From NCBI GenBank assembly GCA_963769935.1, contig CAVYNY010000010.1:736001-800000 (forward strand): a stretch of 64,000 bases of DNA, written 5' to 3'. The notes beneath the pieces are model-generated. The model saw only the letters and a list, made by a program, of their open reading frames with translations. It did no database searches and had not been told where the DNA came from. The stretch comes from an uncultured delta proteobacterium (GTDB taxonomy: Bacteria > Desulfobacterota > Desulfobacteria > Desulfobacterales > JAFDCJ01). A program made the translations under genes and the position numbers. This document shows, one piece after another, positions 42,284-52,492 of the stretch; position 1 is the stretch's first letter; every line of letters begins with the position of its first letter.

Positions 42284-43054
42284 ATGAGCACATCCCCAAA
42301 ATGTCCGCAATGCGGCTTCGCAGCCGACACACCCTTTAAGGAATGCCCCCACTGCGGCGTCATCCTCAGCAAATTTTTGCAGAGTTCCGAAGAAGGCGGC
42401 CAGGCCGAAGGCAGATCGGCTGCCGAAAAGAATTCCTACCTGGCGCAGCTGGCCGGAGCCGACGCGCTGATTATCCGGCAGCAGAAAGAATGGGGTGAAA
42501 TCCTCACCGGATTTGAAACGAAAAACCGGTATGAGGTAATGGACCACCTGAACAATCCGCTGATTGAGGCCTTGGAGGAAGGCGGTTCGGCCCTGACCAC
42601 GATCACCCGGATATTTTTGAAGGCCCTGCGGCCTTTTACCATGCATCTGTTTTCACCGCAGGGAACCGGACTCTTTAAACTGACGCGGCCGTTTCGCTTT
42701 TACTTTCATGAACTCGAAGTTTGCCGGCCTGACGGCGCCCCATTGGGCAAAATCAAACGGCGCTTTGCCGTATTGCGCAGAATGTACGCGGTCCTCGACC
42801 GCCAGGGCCAAGAAATATTCAGACTTTTCGGCCCGCTGCTGCATCCATGGACCTTTCAGATTCGAAAAGACGGGCAGGAGCTGGGTAAAATTACCAAAAA
42901 GTGGAGCGGCCTGGTTAAGGAATCATTTACGGATGCCGACAATTTCGGCATCACCTTTCCGCCGGGAATCGACCTTTCGCAAAAAGCCGTCCTGTTAGGA
43001 GCTGTTTTTCTGATTGATTTCGTACACTTTGAAAACCGAAGCAAACGCAACTGA
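42284..43054 (+). CDS. phospholipid scramblase family protein with N-terminal zinc ribbon
   Basis: CPQCG..CPHCG; GFETKNRY, RPFTM, ITKKWSG..ESFTDADNFGITFP, KAVLLGAVFLIDF. Confidence 0.9.
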   Translation: MSTSPKCPQCGFAADTPFKECPHCGVILSKFLQSSEEGGQAEGRSAAEKNSYLAQLAGADALIIRQQKEWGEILTGFETKNRYEVMDHLNNPLIEALEEGGSALTTITRIFLKALRPFTMHLFSPQGTGLFKLTRPFRFYFHELEVCRPDGAPLGKIKRRFAVLRRMYAVLDRQGQEIFRLFGPLLHPWTFQIRKDGQELGKITKKWSGLVKESFTDADNFGITFPPGIDLSQKAVLLGAVFLIDFVHFENRSKRN

Positions 43055-43213
43055 CAACCGACGACTCGGAATTTCCACTTCTGATTTAGGCATCCGTGTT
43101 TACACCAATCCAATGCACGCTGCATGGCAGACGGGTGTTCTTTTTCAATTACGCAAGAATCAGCCGCCCGGCGCCGGGCGGCTGATTGCAAACGTCTCCA
43201 ATTAGGTTTCAGT

Positions 43214-43495
43214 CTATTCAACGACAATCATATCTTTATTATTCTCATATGTCTTGTCGCCGATCCCCGAGACCATGGTTATATCTGCAGGACTTTTGAA
43301 GGGGCCGTTTTTATCGCGGTACTCAATGATCTTGGCCGCCGTACTGGGGCCGACACCTTTCAGCTGAGCCAGTTCTTCGGCTGATGCCTTGTTAATATTG
43401 ATTTTGGCAGCGTCTCCGGCATACACACTGATTCCACTCAACAAAAGCGCCAATACCGCCACAAGCACTGGAATAATAACTAGGCTTCGCTTCAT
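43214..43495 (-). CDS. comEA: ComEA family helix-hairpin-helix DNA-binding protein
   Basis: Signal peptide; ININKASAEELAQLKGVGPSTAAKIIEYR..GPFKS..VSGIG. Confidence 0.92.
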   Translation of the reverse strand: MKRSLVIIPVLVAVLALLLSGISVYAGDAAKININKASAEELAQLKGVGPSTAAKIIEYRDKNGPFKSPADITMVSGIGDKTYENNKDMIVVE

Positions 43496-43953
43496 AGTTC
43501 TCCTCCTTTTGAGTTGAATTTTCTTTTTCCCAATACTCTCAAGCCGGCCTCCGCATGTTCCTAATGGAAGCAGTTTGTGGTGTCAACCCTTTTTTACTGT
43601 CGTCAATAAGAAGCATAATTATCTTCTTTGTTAACTAGTCAATTGTAGTAAAACCTCATCAAGTCATGTCAATTTTATAAAAAAAATATTAACTAGAGTA
43701 AAATAAAGTAAAAACTAAAAATCCATAATTTTTTTTTCAAACAATTAGCTGCATAGAATATTGACCCGGAAGATCGATCTCTGATTTCACCTTTTGCCTT
43801 TTATCTTTAGCCCTCATATGAAACTTGGAATCTTTTATAATCAGAGACGCTATTGATTTTTCGTATACTGTTCCATTTTTATAATGTATATTCAGGTATC
43901 CTATTCGAATTTTATATAAAATTGTGGGGCACAACACTTGGAGGAATACGTAC

Positions 43954-44610
43954 TTGTCCAGACTCCCTGAATCCTTTCATGAACTGCAGGCTGTTTTCGA
44001 CCGCTGGGCGGAGGCGCTTCAGCAGTACCGGGACAATGAAAACCGCATCGCTTTCATCGGCAATGAAATGCCCGGGCTGCTGTTGAACCGTTCTCATTTC
44101 AAGAAAATCCTGACCAACATCGTCCGGGGCGGCAATTATCCCGATGCGCGCCAGGCCACCTTGTTCTCAAATGAGTTCATTCTTTTCATCAACGACCGGC
44201 GGATTTTTTCCGTCCGTTTGTACATCTACGAGCCGGGTCAATATACACCCGTTCACGACCACAATTCCTGGGGCGTCTACGGTTGCGTCTCGAAAAAGAT
44301 CGAAGTCATTCGCTACCGGCGGACCGACGATGAATCGAAGCCGGATTACGCCCGTCTGCAGGAAATCGAACGACCGGTCCTGCAGCCCGGAGAGACGACA
44401 TCCGTACTGCCGCTCAACGACGGCATCCACCAGGCCGGCAATCCCAACAATCAGACTGCCATGATGCTCGGCGTTTACGGCACGCCTATCCGCAGACTTT
44501 ACGTGAATCAATATGACATCCTGCAAAACTCCGTAAGCAGACGGTATCCGCCCCGTCTGCGGAAAAAGAGACTGGCAGCGAAGGCCCTCGAAGCATTAGA
44601 CGGCGATTAA
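43954..44610 (+). CDS. cysteine dioxygenase family (3-His cupin) protein
   Basis: PGQYTPVHDHNSWG ... DGIHQ; GGAGG RBS before TTG at 43954. Confidence 0.85.
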   Translation: MSRLPESFHELQAVFDRWAEALQQYRDNENRIAFIGNEMPGLLLNRSHFKKILTNIVRGGNYPDARQATLFSNEFILFINDRRIFSVRLYIYEPGQYTPVHDHNSWGVYGCVSKKIEVIRYRRTDDESKPDYARLQEIERPVLQPGETTSVLPLNDGIHQAGNPNNQTAMMLGVYGTPIRRLYVNQYDILQNSVSRRYPPRLRKKRLAAKALEALDGD

Positions 44611-44680
44611 GTTTGATACTTCAAAATAAAAAAATGCAACCTAATTCTAGATTTCGGCTTTAATATTACCAGGATCAGCC

Positions 44681-44983
44681 ATGCCTTCCTATCCATCCGT
44701 AATTCCATTGCATACCACCGTGAAGGGCCGCGTACGCCTTAAAATCGAGGGCCTGGCCCACTGCCAGGCCCTAAAAATCGAGCTCGAAGCCACATTTTCC
44801 CGGCAGCCGGATATCCGCTCGGCCTCGGCCAGCTCCTTGGCCTTGCAGCTTTTGCCGTTTTTTGTTCCCGGACTGCGCCGCCTGCTGAAGATTGCGCCCC
44901 TGACACCCGTCGACCTGGCCCTTGCCGGCGCCAACGCGGTTCTGGCCCTGGCTGTCCATAATCGCCTAAAACATTGCCGATGA
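44681..44983 (+). pseudogene. in-frame fusion remnant of a cation-transporting P-type ATPase (N-terminal HMA-like start joined to the last TM hairpin)
   Basis: HTTVKGRVRLKIEGL..DIRSASAS directly followed by SLALQLLPFFVPGLRRLLKIAPL. Confidence 0.6.
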
Positions 44984-44985
44984 AA

Positions 44986-45164
44986 GGTTTCAGGTTTCGG
45001 GTGTCAGAAGACAGAGGCTGCGAGGCTGGAAGGCCGGAAGTTGGAAGCTTGGAGGCTGGAAAGCAAACCCTCGGATCTTTGTCCATCCCTTTTACCACTC
45101 ACCTGCAACCTTTCCGCCTTTAACCTTTGGCCTTTGCTGACACCGAACCTGACACCTGGAACCC
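44986..45164. repeat. nested repeat: GGTTTCAGG..GTGTCAG / CTGACACC..GAACC arms enclosing octamers and CCTTT heptamers
   Basis: Direct reading; the arm family is shared with 49850-50304. Confidence 0.8.
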
Positions 45165-45240
45165 TTTATATATAGCCTTGCACCTGCCCCTTTTATGCTG
45201 TAGACAATGAGTTCCTTAAGCTGAGGAAGGAGGAGCGACC

Positions 45241-45732
45241 ATGCCGGACATGCTGATCAAATTGTATGACCTGGAGGATGATTGGAGTTTCATGGAGGCG
45301 CAAAAAGAACAGGGAATTGCGATCCGCAAACCCATCGGACCTGAGGCGCATTTAATCCGCAAGTGGGTATTCGATCAATTCAGCGCCGGCTGGGCTGCTG
45401 AAACCGATGCGGCCCTGGCCAACCGGCCCCGCAGTTGCTTTATAGCCGTTAAGGATTCAATGATCATCGGCTTTGCCTGCTATGATGCAACCGCCCTGGG
45501 ATTCTTCGGACCCATCGGTGTTGCCGCGTCCCATCGCCGGAAGGGCACCGGCACGGCGCTGATGACGGCGTGTCTGCTCGACATGAAATTAAAACAATAT
45601 GGCTATGCAGTTGTCGGCGGCGTGGAAGACACGGATTACTACCGAAAAAACGCCAGGGCCGTTGAAATCCCCGATTCATCGCCGGGCATTTACGGCAAAA
45701 AATTGAAGATTGAATATAAGGTAAAAGGCTGA
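45241..45732 (+). CDS. GNAT family N-acetyltransferase
   Basis: FFGPIGVAASHRRKGTGTAL; strong AGGAGG RBS. Confidence 0.9.
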   Translation: MPDMLIKLYDLEDDWSFMEAQKEQGIAIRKPIGPEAHLIRKWVFDQFSAGWAAETDAALANRPRSCFIAVKDSMIIGFACYDATALGFFGPIGVAASHRRKGTGTALMTACLLDMKLKQYGYAVVGGVEDTDYYRKNARAVEIPDSSPGIYGKKLKIEYKVKG

Positions 45733-45793
45733 AGGTAATTAGACTGAGCGCAGCGAAACCACAAATATTCAATTTTCAATCTTCAATATTCAA

Positions 45794-47068
45794 TTATCTA
45801 AGCCAGTTGCGGTGTTTTTCGGCCCGCTCGGACACGGTCTGTCTGAGCCACGCTTCAAGATCCTTGACGCAATAAAACTTCGGCTGCAGCAGATTGTCAT
45901 CGGCAGCAATCCGTCCCTCTTCAACGGCGATCCCGGCCAGCTTCGTGTAAGGATAGATGCGAATGCCCACCGTAATTTTTAGCGCATCCAAATTCAGGGA
46001 TTCGACAAAATCAAAACTTTCCGCCACGGTTTTACGCGTCTCGCCGGGGCCTCCCAGCAGCAAGAAGCCCATGCGCCGGATGCCGGCCTCCGCAAACATA
46101 TCACTGGCCCGGCGGATGTCCCGGGGACCGAAGCGCTTGTTCATGTCACGCAGCATCATGTGGTGGCCGCTTTCAAAACCCAGGCTGACTTCCGTGCAGC
46201 CGGCGCGAGCCATAGCGTCGACCAGCGGCCTGGAAACCCGGCCGGGATACACGATGCACCGCCAGCGAAAGTCCAGTCCGGCCGCGGCCATCCGCCGGCA
46301 TAGTTCGACGGCGTAAGGTTGGGGCAGGTTAAAGGTGTTGTCGACAAAAAACACCTGCGAGAATCCGGCGCTAACCCAGCCTGCCAGCTCCTGCACCGCA
46401 GCCTCCGGCGAACGTTTGCGGATGAGATGCCCCTCGATGGTCGAAGTCGAGCAGTAGCTGCAGTTCAGCGGGCACCCCCGCCGGGTTTGAAACGGCAGCC
46501 AGTAATGCTGTTTTCGACGATCCCCCGAGGTCATCAGGGACGGGTCGGGCAGCGCGATTGCGTCCAGGTTTTTCACGAATCGGCGACCGGCCTGCTGTCC
46601 GCGGCCCGGCAGATAAAGCCCGGGTACGTTTGAAAGGTCCTTTTTCGCCTCGATTTGCGATAACAGGGCCGGGAACGCAATTTCACCCTCGCCCTGGATG
46701 CCCATGTCGGCCCCTAAATACTCCAGGGCGCTTTGCGGAAAAATACTGTAGCCGGCGCCTCCCAGCACTATCGGCGCCGGTGACAGCTGCCGGCATAATT
46801 CGATGACCTCCCCGGCCTGGTCAAGCATAAAATGGGTCGCTCCCATCGCCTGGTCATCGATGTTGCGCACTGAAACACCGATGACTTCGGGACCAAAGGC
46901 TGCCACCCTGTTTTTGAGCGTCTGTTGATAATCATCTTGCGCCATCAGATCCAGGAATTCCACCTCGTGGCCCGCCCGCTGGGCGGCGGCCGCCACACAA
47001 CCCAGTCCCATGGGCAGGGTCGGCATGTTGATGTCCTCACGGTTGGCTGAAATAAGCAGGACTCTCAT
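45794..47068 (-). CDS. B12-binding domain radical SAM protein
   Basis: GVSVRNIDD, IVLGGAG; TRRGCPLNCSYC, FFVDNTFN, LGFESG, GGPGET. Confidence 0.93.
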   Translation of the reverse strand: MRVLLISANREDINMPTLPMGLGCVAAAAQRAGHEVEFLDLMAQDDYQQTLKNRVAAFGPEVIGVSVRNIDDQAMGATHFMLDQAGEVIELCRQLSPAPIVLGGAGYSIFPQSALEYLGADMGIQGEGEIAFPALLSQIEAKKDLSNVPGLYLPGRGQQAGRRFVKNLDAIALPDPSLMTSGDRRKQHYWLPFQTRRGCPLNCSYCSTSTIEGHLIRKRSPEAAVQELAGWVSAGFSQVFFVDNTFNLPQPYAVELCRRMAAAGLDFRWRCIVYPGRVSRPLVDAMARAGCTEVSLGFESGHHMMLRDMNKRFGPRDIRRASDMFAEAGIRRMGFLLLGGPGETRKTVAESFDFVESLNLDALKITVGIRIYPYTKLAGIAVEEGRIAADDNLLQPKFYCVKDLEAWLRQTVSERAEKHRNWLR

Positions 47069-47273
47069 AATGTTTTAGGCTTTCGCTGCTGCGCTTTAAT
47101 TGGAAGTGCGTCATCCCTTTAATTATTGCCGCATAATACAAGCTATAATTTAACACCGTTTCTACCCCGCTTCAAGAAACTAAAAATTTTGAGGCAACGC
47201 GCAATAAAATCTTGCGCAATTTTGCGCGATATTGCATAAATTCAGATTAAATCTTAAAAATTCATAGACGTAA

Positions 47274-48287
47274 ATGGCTCGCAGATATCAAAACAAAACA
47301 GACTGGCAACGGCTGCGATCGATAACCGAAAGCGGCCTCAATGCAAGCGGCAAATTTCCGTTTTCGGTCAGCGTTGACGGCAAAATCGAATGGATCGACA
47401 GCGGCCTGTACCATGACAACTACCGTTTCTGGATTGTCGGGCCGGAACTTCCCGAGGCGTGGCAGGACAAATCCCTGCTGCTGCGGCTCAGCACCCAAAA
47501 AAGAGTGCCGCGGTCCAAAACTGAAACAGTCCAATATCTTTTGCGGGAAGCGCAAACCCTGCAAGCTTTAAAAGACGAGGCGTTCGCTTTTGAAACGCCG
47601 GAGCTGATCTGTATGGTGAAATCGGAAGCCAGGCAGCCGGTCGGTTTGGTTGAAAACTGGGTCTGGGGCATGTCGCTGCAGTTTTATAAGGACAGCAGTT
47701 ATGCGGATAGAATCATTCCGACCATTGCAGCGGTGGCCGCCGCCGTCCACCATCTGCCGCCCGGCCGATTCAGCCATCTGCCGGCTTTCCCGGACAGCCG
47801 GACCCACATTCTGAAGGAATTGAAAAGCCTGCCGCCGGCGCTGTTCCGCGAATACCCGGCCGCCCGGGCGGCTCGCAAATGGATTCTGTCCCGTCTTCCC
47901 GCCAACCGGCCGGCAACCGTTCTGCACGGCGACCTTTTGCCGCAAAACATCAACTGCGGTGAAAACAAGGGCGAGTGGAAAATTGCAGTCATCGATTGGG
48001 AGTTTGCCGCAATCGGCGACCCGGCTTACGATCTGGCCATTGTGACTCGCGGCGACCGCAGGCTCATGGGAAAAAATAACGGACTGCAGCATTTGATCGA
48101 CAATTACCGGGAGACCGACGGCATTGATCTCAGCGTTGCCGATGTCCACATCCATGAGCTGCTGATGATTTTGAATTGGCTGTGGGACAGTGCTAAGGGA
48201 TATCGCAAACAACTAACTGAGGGCCACGGCCCCGCTCATTATGCCCAGCGCATGGAATCCCTGCTGCGCCGGGCGGAAACGGAGTAA
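47274..48287 (+). CDS. aminoglycoside phosphotransferase/kinase-like protein
   Basis: LHGDLLPQNI, IDWEFAAIGDPAYDLA. Confidence 0.88.
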   Translation: MARRYQNKTDWQRLRSITESGLNASGKFPFSVSVDGKIEWIDSGLYHDNYRFWIVGPELPEAWQDKSLLLRLSTQKRVPRSKTETVQYLLREAQTLQALKDEAFAFETPELICMVKSEARQPVGLVENWVWGMSLQFYKDSSYADRIIPTIAAVAAAVHHLPPGRFSHLPAFPDSRTHILKELKSLPPALFREYPAARAARKWILSRLPANRPATVLHGDLLPQNINCGENKGEWKIAVIDWEFAAIGDPAYDLAIVTRGDRRLMGKNNGLQHLIDNYRETDGIDLSVADVHIHELLMILNWLWDSAKGYRKQLTEGHGPAHYAQRMESLLRRAETE

Positions 48288-48365
48288 CAGAAGTTGCCAG
48301 GGGGGTGGGAAGAGGCAGCCTTGTCCAGGTCCCAGCCCGGAGGTCCAAACTAAGGAGAAGGAAAA

Positions 48366-49007
48366 ATGGCGAACATAGAAGGCCTGAAATACAGACTGGA
48401 AGATCTGGTTCATCGCTCCTGGGATGTGAAGGGCATCGCGGAGAGGTTCGAAAAACTGGTCCGGGAGGGCATTCCTTCCAACCGGCCCGAGCCCACGGAT
48501 TTTTTAGCACGCAAGCAGGAGATTGTCAAAGGGGTCGAGCGGCGGGCCGAGGAATATGAATATCTCAGCCACAGCTGCGCCAAGGGCAGCGCCCTGGCCC
48601 TGATGGAAGCGTTCGGGCTGGGCAATATAGCAATTATCAGGGCGCTCTCGCCGTTTCCCGGCTTTGCAATGACCGGCGGCATCTGCGGAGCTGTGACCGG
48701 AGCCCTGGTTGCTCTGGGATTGTATTTCGGCAGCGACGACCTGCAGGACTATGAGGGCACCGGCCGTACAATGTCCGCCGCCCGCAAGTTTATTCCGCGG
48801 TTCGAAGAGGAAGTCGGCTCCATCTATTGCCCCCGCATCCAGCAGGACTTTGTCTTCGATAAGTACATGGATCCGCGCGCCAGCCGGGAAAATTTTGAGG
48901 CATTTGTCGCGGCGCACGGCTACGAAAAGTGTTCGCTGCTGCCGGGAATCGGCGCCCGTATTGCGGCCGAAATTATTTTTGAAAGCATGGAAAAAGATCA
49001 CAATTAA
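48366..49007 (+). CDS. C-GCAxxG-C-C family redox protein
   Basis: SCAKG, GGICGAVTGA, GSIYC, KC. Confidence 0.88.
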   Translation: MANIEGLKYRLEDLVHRSWDVKGIAERFEKLVREGIPSNRPEPTDFLARKQEIVKGVERRAEEYEYLSHSCAKGSALALMEAFGLGNIAIIRALSPFPGFAMTGGICGAVTGALVALGLYFGSDDLQDYEGTGRTMSAARKFIPRFEEEVGSIYCPRIQQDFVFDKYMDPRASRENFEAFVAAHGYEKCSLLPGIGARIAAEIIFESMEKDHN

Positions 49008-49031
49008 GAATCTAATAAATGGGGAAACACT

Positions 49032-49793
49032 ATGAGCTGGTTTGGAAAATTGACCTTCGGCGCAGTGGGTCTGCTGTTGGGCGGCCCCCTTGGCGCGATT
49101 GCCGGCGCAGCCTTGGGGCACATCCTGATCGACAGGCAAGGCGGGCTTATCAAGCACGAGTATTACACTGAAAGGCCGGAATTTGTGGGAACCGAGCAGG
49201 CCCAGGCCTCCTATTTTGTGAGCTTATTTTCGATTCTGGGCAAGCTCTCCAAAGTCGACGGTAGGGTCAGCCGGGATGAAATCGCCGTTGTGCAAGACTT
49301 TATCAACAGTCTGCCGATGGATGAAGCCCAAAAGGAATTTGCCCGCCGGGTTTTCAGAGAAGCCAAGGACTCTCCCTACGCCATCGAAGATTTTGCCGCG
49401 CAGCTTTACCGGGCAGTCGGCAGGCAGCCGGCAGTAATGATGTCCTTTTTTAGCCTCCTGTTTCACGTCGCCGCCGCCGACGGCACCCTGCATCCGGCCG
49501 AAGAAGCCGCCCTGAAAAGCATCCAGAATATTTTTCGGATCAGCGACAGCCGGTATGAAGACATCAAGGCGGTCTACATCAAAAACGAGGATAAATATTA
49601 CAAAATTTTAAACTGCACCCCCGCGTGTTCCAATGAAGAAATCAAGGCCAACTACAAGAAGCTCGTAAAGGATTTTCATCCCGACAAGATCATTGCCAAA
49701 GGACTGCCGGAAGAATTCGTCGACTTTGCCTCCGAGCGCTTTCGTGAAATCCAGGAAAGCTACGAAAAAATAAGAAAGGAACGCCACTTCTGA
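49032..49793 (+). CDS. djlA: co-chaperone DjlA (TM, TerB-like, J domain)
   Basis: GGPLGAIAG, KVDGRVS..EI, AADG, HPDK. Confidence 0.92.
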   Translation: MSWFGKLTFGAVGLLLGGPLGAIAGAALGHILIDRQGGLIKHEYYTERPEFVGTEQAQASYFVSLFSILGKLSKVDGRVSRDEIAVVQDFINSLPMDEAQKEFARRVFREAKDSPYAIEDFAAQLYRAVGRQPAVMMSFFSLLFHVAAADGTLHPAEEAALKSIQNIFRISDSRYEDIKAVYIKNEDKYYKILNCTPACSNEEIKANYKKLVKDFHPDKIIAKGLPEEFVDFASERFREIQESYEKIRKERHF

Positions 49794-49849
49794 AATTTTA
49801 AAAGCTGGCCTTGGCAAGTGGGAGCAAATTGCTAAAAGCACGTTTAGTG

Positions 49850-50304
49850 GGGTTTCAGGTGTCAGCCCCGCCGCCGGCCAAAACAACGGCCGGTCTGATC
49901 GAAAAAGAAACATAATAGTTCACCGCAGAGCCCGCCGAGAACGCCGAGAAACAAAAGTTAAATTAATCTCTGCGCTCTCTGCGCTCTCAGCGGTGAGACA
50001 CTTCGTAAAAATGGCATCGAATTTAAGGAAGTTTCATATAAGCGGCGCCGCTGGTCGCGAGCGTCCAGTCTGATCGATAAAAGAAACTTTTAGGAACTCG
50101 GACACAGTTGGATTTAATATCACGCCCACTTCGTTGGAGCTCACAGAGACCGCGGAGAACATTTTTCTTTCGCCGCAGGCGGCTGTAACCCCAAACCTCT
50201 GTGATCTCTGAGCGCTCTGTGTGAGATGCAGTTTCATATAAGATGGCAGGAATCGGGTGTCAACCGGCGGCTGCGGTCAACGGCCATGCTGAAACCTGAA
50301 ACCC
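49850..50304. repeat. composite nested palindromic element
   Basis: Outer GGGTTTCAGGTGTCAG / CTGAAACCTGAAACCC; two GTCTGATCGA.AAAGAAAC..AGTTTCATATAAG units, each holding a CGCAGAG/CTCTGCG-type hairpin. Confidence 0.85.
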
Positions 50305-50333
50305 AATAATGACTTCTTAAAGCGAGGTGTACC

Positions 50334-50822
50334 ATGCAAGACATACCGGATTTGTTGAAGGGCCTTGAACGCACCGGCCGCATCCTGTCGGAATTCGTGC
50401 ACAGCATTCCGGCCGAAAAAATGAACCTGCGCCGCGGCGACGGCTTCTGGACCATCGGCGAGCACGTCAGCCACCTGGCCCAGGTGCAGCCCATGCTGCT
50501 GGAGCGCCTGCAAAGATTCATCGCTGAAGACCACCCGGAATTTATTCCCTATATACCCGGCGACGGCGAGGCTGAAGCCCAGCCGCCGCAAATGCCGGTC
50601 AACGAGGCCCTGGAATCCTTTGCCCGCCACCGGGCCCAGCAGCTGGCGCTGCTGGAAAACGCAGATGAAGCCGTCTGGCGGAAAACCGCCGGCCATCCGG
50701 AATACGAACTTTATTCCATGCATATCCTGGCAAGACACATCCTGCTGCACGATTACTGGCACATGTACCGCATGGAAGAACTCTGGTTGACCAGGGATGC
50801 GTACCTGACGAAGCTGGATTGA
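50334..50822 (+). CDS. DinB family protein
   Basis: WTIGEHVSHL ... HDYWH. Confidence 0.9.
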   Translation: MQDIPDLLKGLERTGRILSEFVHSIPAEKMNLRRGDGFWTIGEHVSHLAQVQPMLLERLQRFIAEDHPEFIPYIPGDGEAEAQPPQMPVNEALESFARHRAQQLALLENADEAVWRKTAGHPEYELYSMHILARHILLHDYWHMYRMEELWLTRDAYLTKLD

Positions 50823-50987
50823 AGCCGGGCGATGGTGTCATCCGGGTGCATTCCTGGATATCCAGCATCGAGTATCGAGCATCCAGCATCGACCTCGTGA
50901 ATGCGATCGTCTGGCGCTGACCCTCTTAAATAGTTATACGGATTTATACAACGTTAAAATAGACTAGCCACTGGAGAGGTGCCGATT

Positions 50988-52271
50988 ATGGAACAGGGCC
51001 TGATCACCTGCCCGAACTGCGGCCGGGAATTTGAACTGTCGGATGCGCTGACCGGGCGGATTCGGGAACATCTGAAGGTCGAGCTGCTGCAGGAGGTGTC
51101 CCGGCGTGAAGCGGAGCTTAAAAAAAAGGGCGCGGCTCTCAGGGCGCAGGAAGCGGAGATCTCCCAAAGCCGCGAGGCGATTGACGCCGAAATCGAGTCT
51201 CGTCTGAAAGAGCGTCTGGCCGAGGCCGAAAACAAGGCCGCCCAAAAGCTCGCCGGGCAGTATGCGGAGCAGCTCAAGGAGCTGCAGCAAAGCCTCGCGG
51301 AAAAAGATGCGGCCATCAGGAGCTTCAGAGAGCAGGAGCTGGAGCTGCGCAAAAGACAGCGTAAACTGGAGGAGGACCGGGACGCATTCGAGCTGGAAGC
51401 GGCCCGCAAACTGGATGAGGAGCGGGAAAAAATCCGGAGTGAGGCCCTGAAAAAAGTGGCCGAGGCGCACCGGCTCAAGGACCTGGAGAAGGACAAGGTG
51501 ATCAATGACCTGCGGAACTCGCTCGAGGATATGAAGCGCAAGGCCGAACAGGGCTCCATGGAGACCCAGGGCGAGGTGCTGGAACAGGACTTCGAAGCGC
51601 AGCTGAAAGCCTTCTTTGTCCATGACGACATCCAGCCCGTGCCCAAAGGCATCCGCGGGGCCGATCTCGTACAAACCGTGCGCACGCCCATCGGCGCCGA
51701 ATCCGGCATCCTGCTGTGGGAAACCAAAAACACCAAGGCCTGGAGCAGCGCCTGGATCCCCAAGCTCAAGGACGACATGATCGAGGTGCGGGCTTCGATT
51801 GCCATCCTGGTCTCCGTTGTACTGCCGGAGGGCGTCAACCGCTTCGGACAGCTCGACGGGGTCTGGGTCAGCGATCCTCTTTCCGCCCTTCCGCTGGCCG
51901 CCGCCCTGCGCGAACAATTGATGGCGGTCGGCCGCGAGCGCACCGCCTCCATCGGCAAGGGCGAAAAGATGGAGGCGCTGTACCAGTACCTGGCCGGCGT
52001 CGAGTTCAAACAGAAAATCGAGGGGATCGTCGAAGCCTTCACCTCGATGCAGGATCAACTCAACCGCGAACGCCGGGCCATGGAGCGCCACTGGAAGCAG
52101 CGCGAAAAGGAGATCGAACGCGTCGTCAAAAACACCGTGGGCCTGTACGGCGACATGCAGGGCATTATCGGCGGCCAGATCCCGGCCATCCCGGCCCTGG
52201 AACTCGACGGCGAATCTGCGCGGCAGCTGCCGGGTGAATCCGACACCATGTTTTCCGAACATGAAGAATAG
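50988..52271 (+). CDS. DUF2130 domain coiled-coil protein
   Basis: ITCPNCG, long coiled coil, QGSMETQGEVLE, VPKGIRGAD, ILLWETKNTKAWS. Confidence 0.9.
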   Translation: MEQGLITCPNCGREFELSDALTGRIREHLKVELLQEVSRREAELKKKGAALRAQEAEISQSREAIDAEIESRLKERLAEAENKAAQKLAGQYAEQLKELQQSLAEKDAAIRSFREQELELRKRQRKLEEDRDAFELEAARKLDEEREKIRSEALKKVAEAHRLKDLEKDKVINDLRNSLEDMKRKAEQGSMETQGEVLEQDFEAQLKAFFVHDDIQPVPKGIRGADLVQTVRTPIGAESGILLWETKNTKAWSSAWIPKLKDDMIEVRASIAILVSVVLPEGVNRFGQLDGVWVSDPLSALPLAAALREQLMAVGRERTASIGKGEKMEALYQYLAGVEFKQKIEGIVEAFTSMQDQLNRERRAMERHWKQREKEIERVVKNTVGLYGDMQGIIGGQIPAIPALELDGESARQLPGESDTMFSEHEE

Positions 52272-52333
52272 GGTTGCCTCCCAGAAATAAATATTTGCAA
52301 AGATTTGGGCAGCGATAGAATCAAAAATGTTTT

Positions 52334-52485
52334 TTTGCATTTTATGAAAAGAATTTTTATCACGAAAACACGAAACCTTGAAAGCACGAAATTTATCTTG
52401 TCTACTTTTCGTGTTTTCGTCCTTTCGTGCTTTCGTGATTAATTTGTCCTTTTTAGTTCTCCGCCTCTGGCGGATCCGGGTTAGG
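52334..52485. repeat. second copy of the CACGAAA/TTTCGTG element
   Basis: Aligns to 1752-1935; both copies end in TCCGGGTTAGG. Confidence 0.88.
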
Positions 52486-52492
52486 GTGGCTA

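Noticed and set aside
48366..49007. Selenocysteine in the C-GCAxxG-C-C protein
   Set aside because: All motif positions are Cys codons; no in-frame TGA
50954..52340. Long minus-strand ORFs (458 and 362 aa)
   Set aside because: Antisense shadows of the GC-rich, codon-biased DUF2130 gene; no motifs
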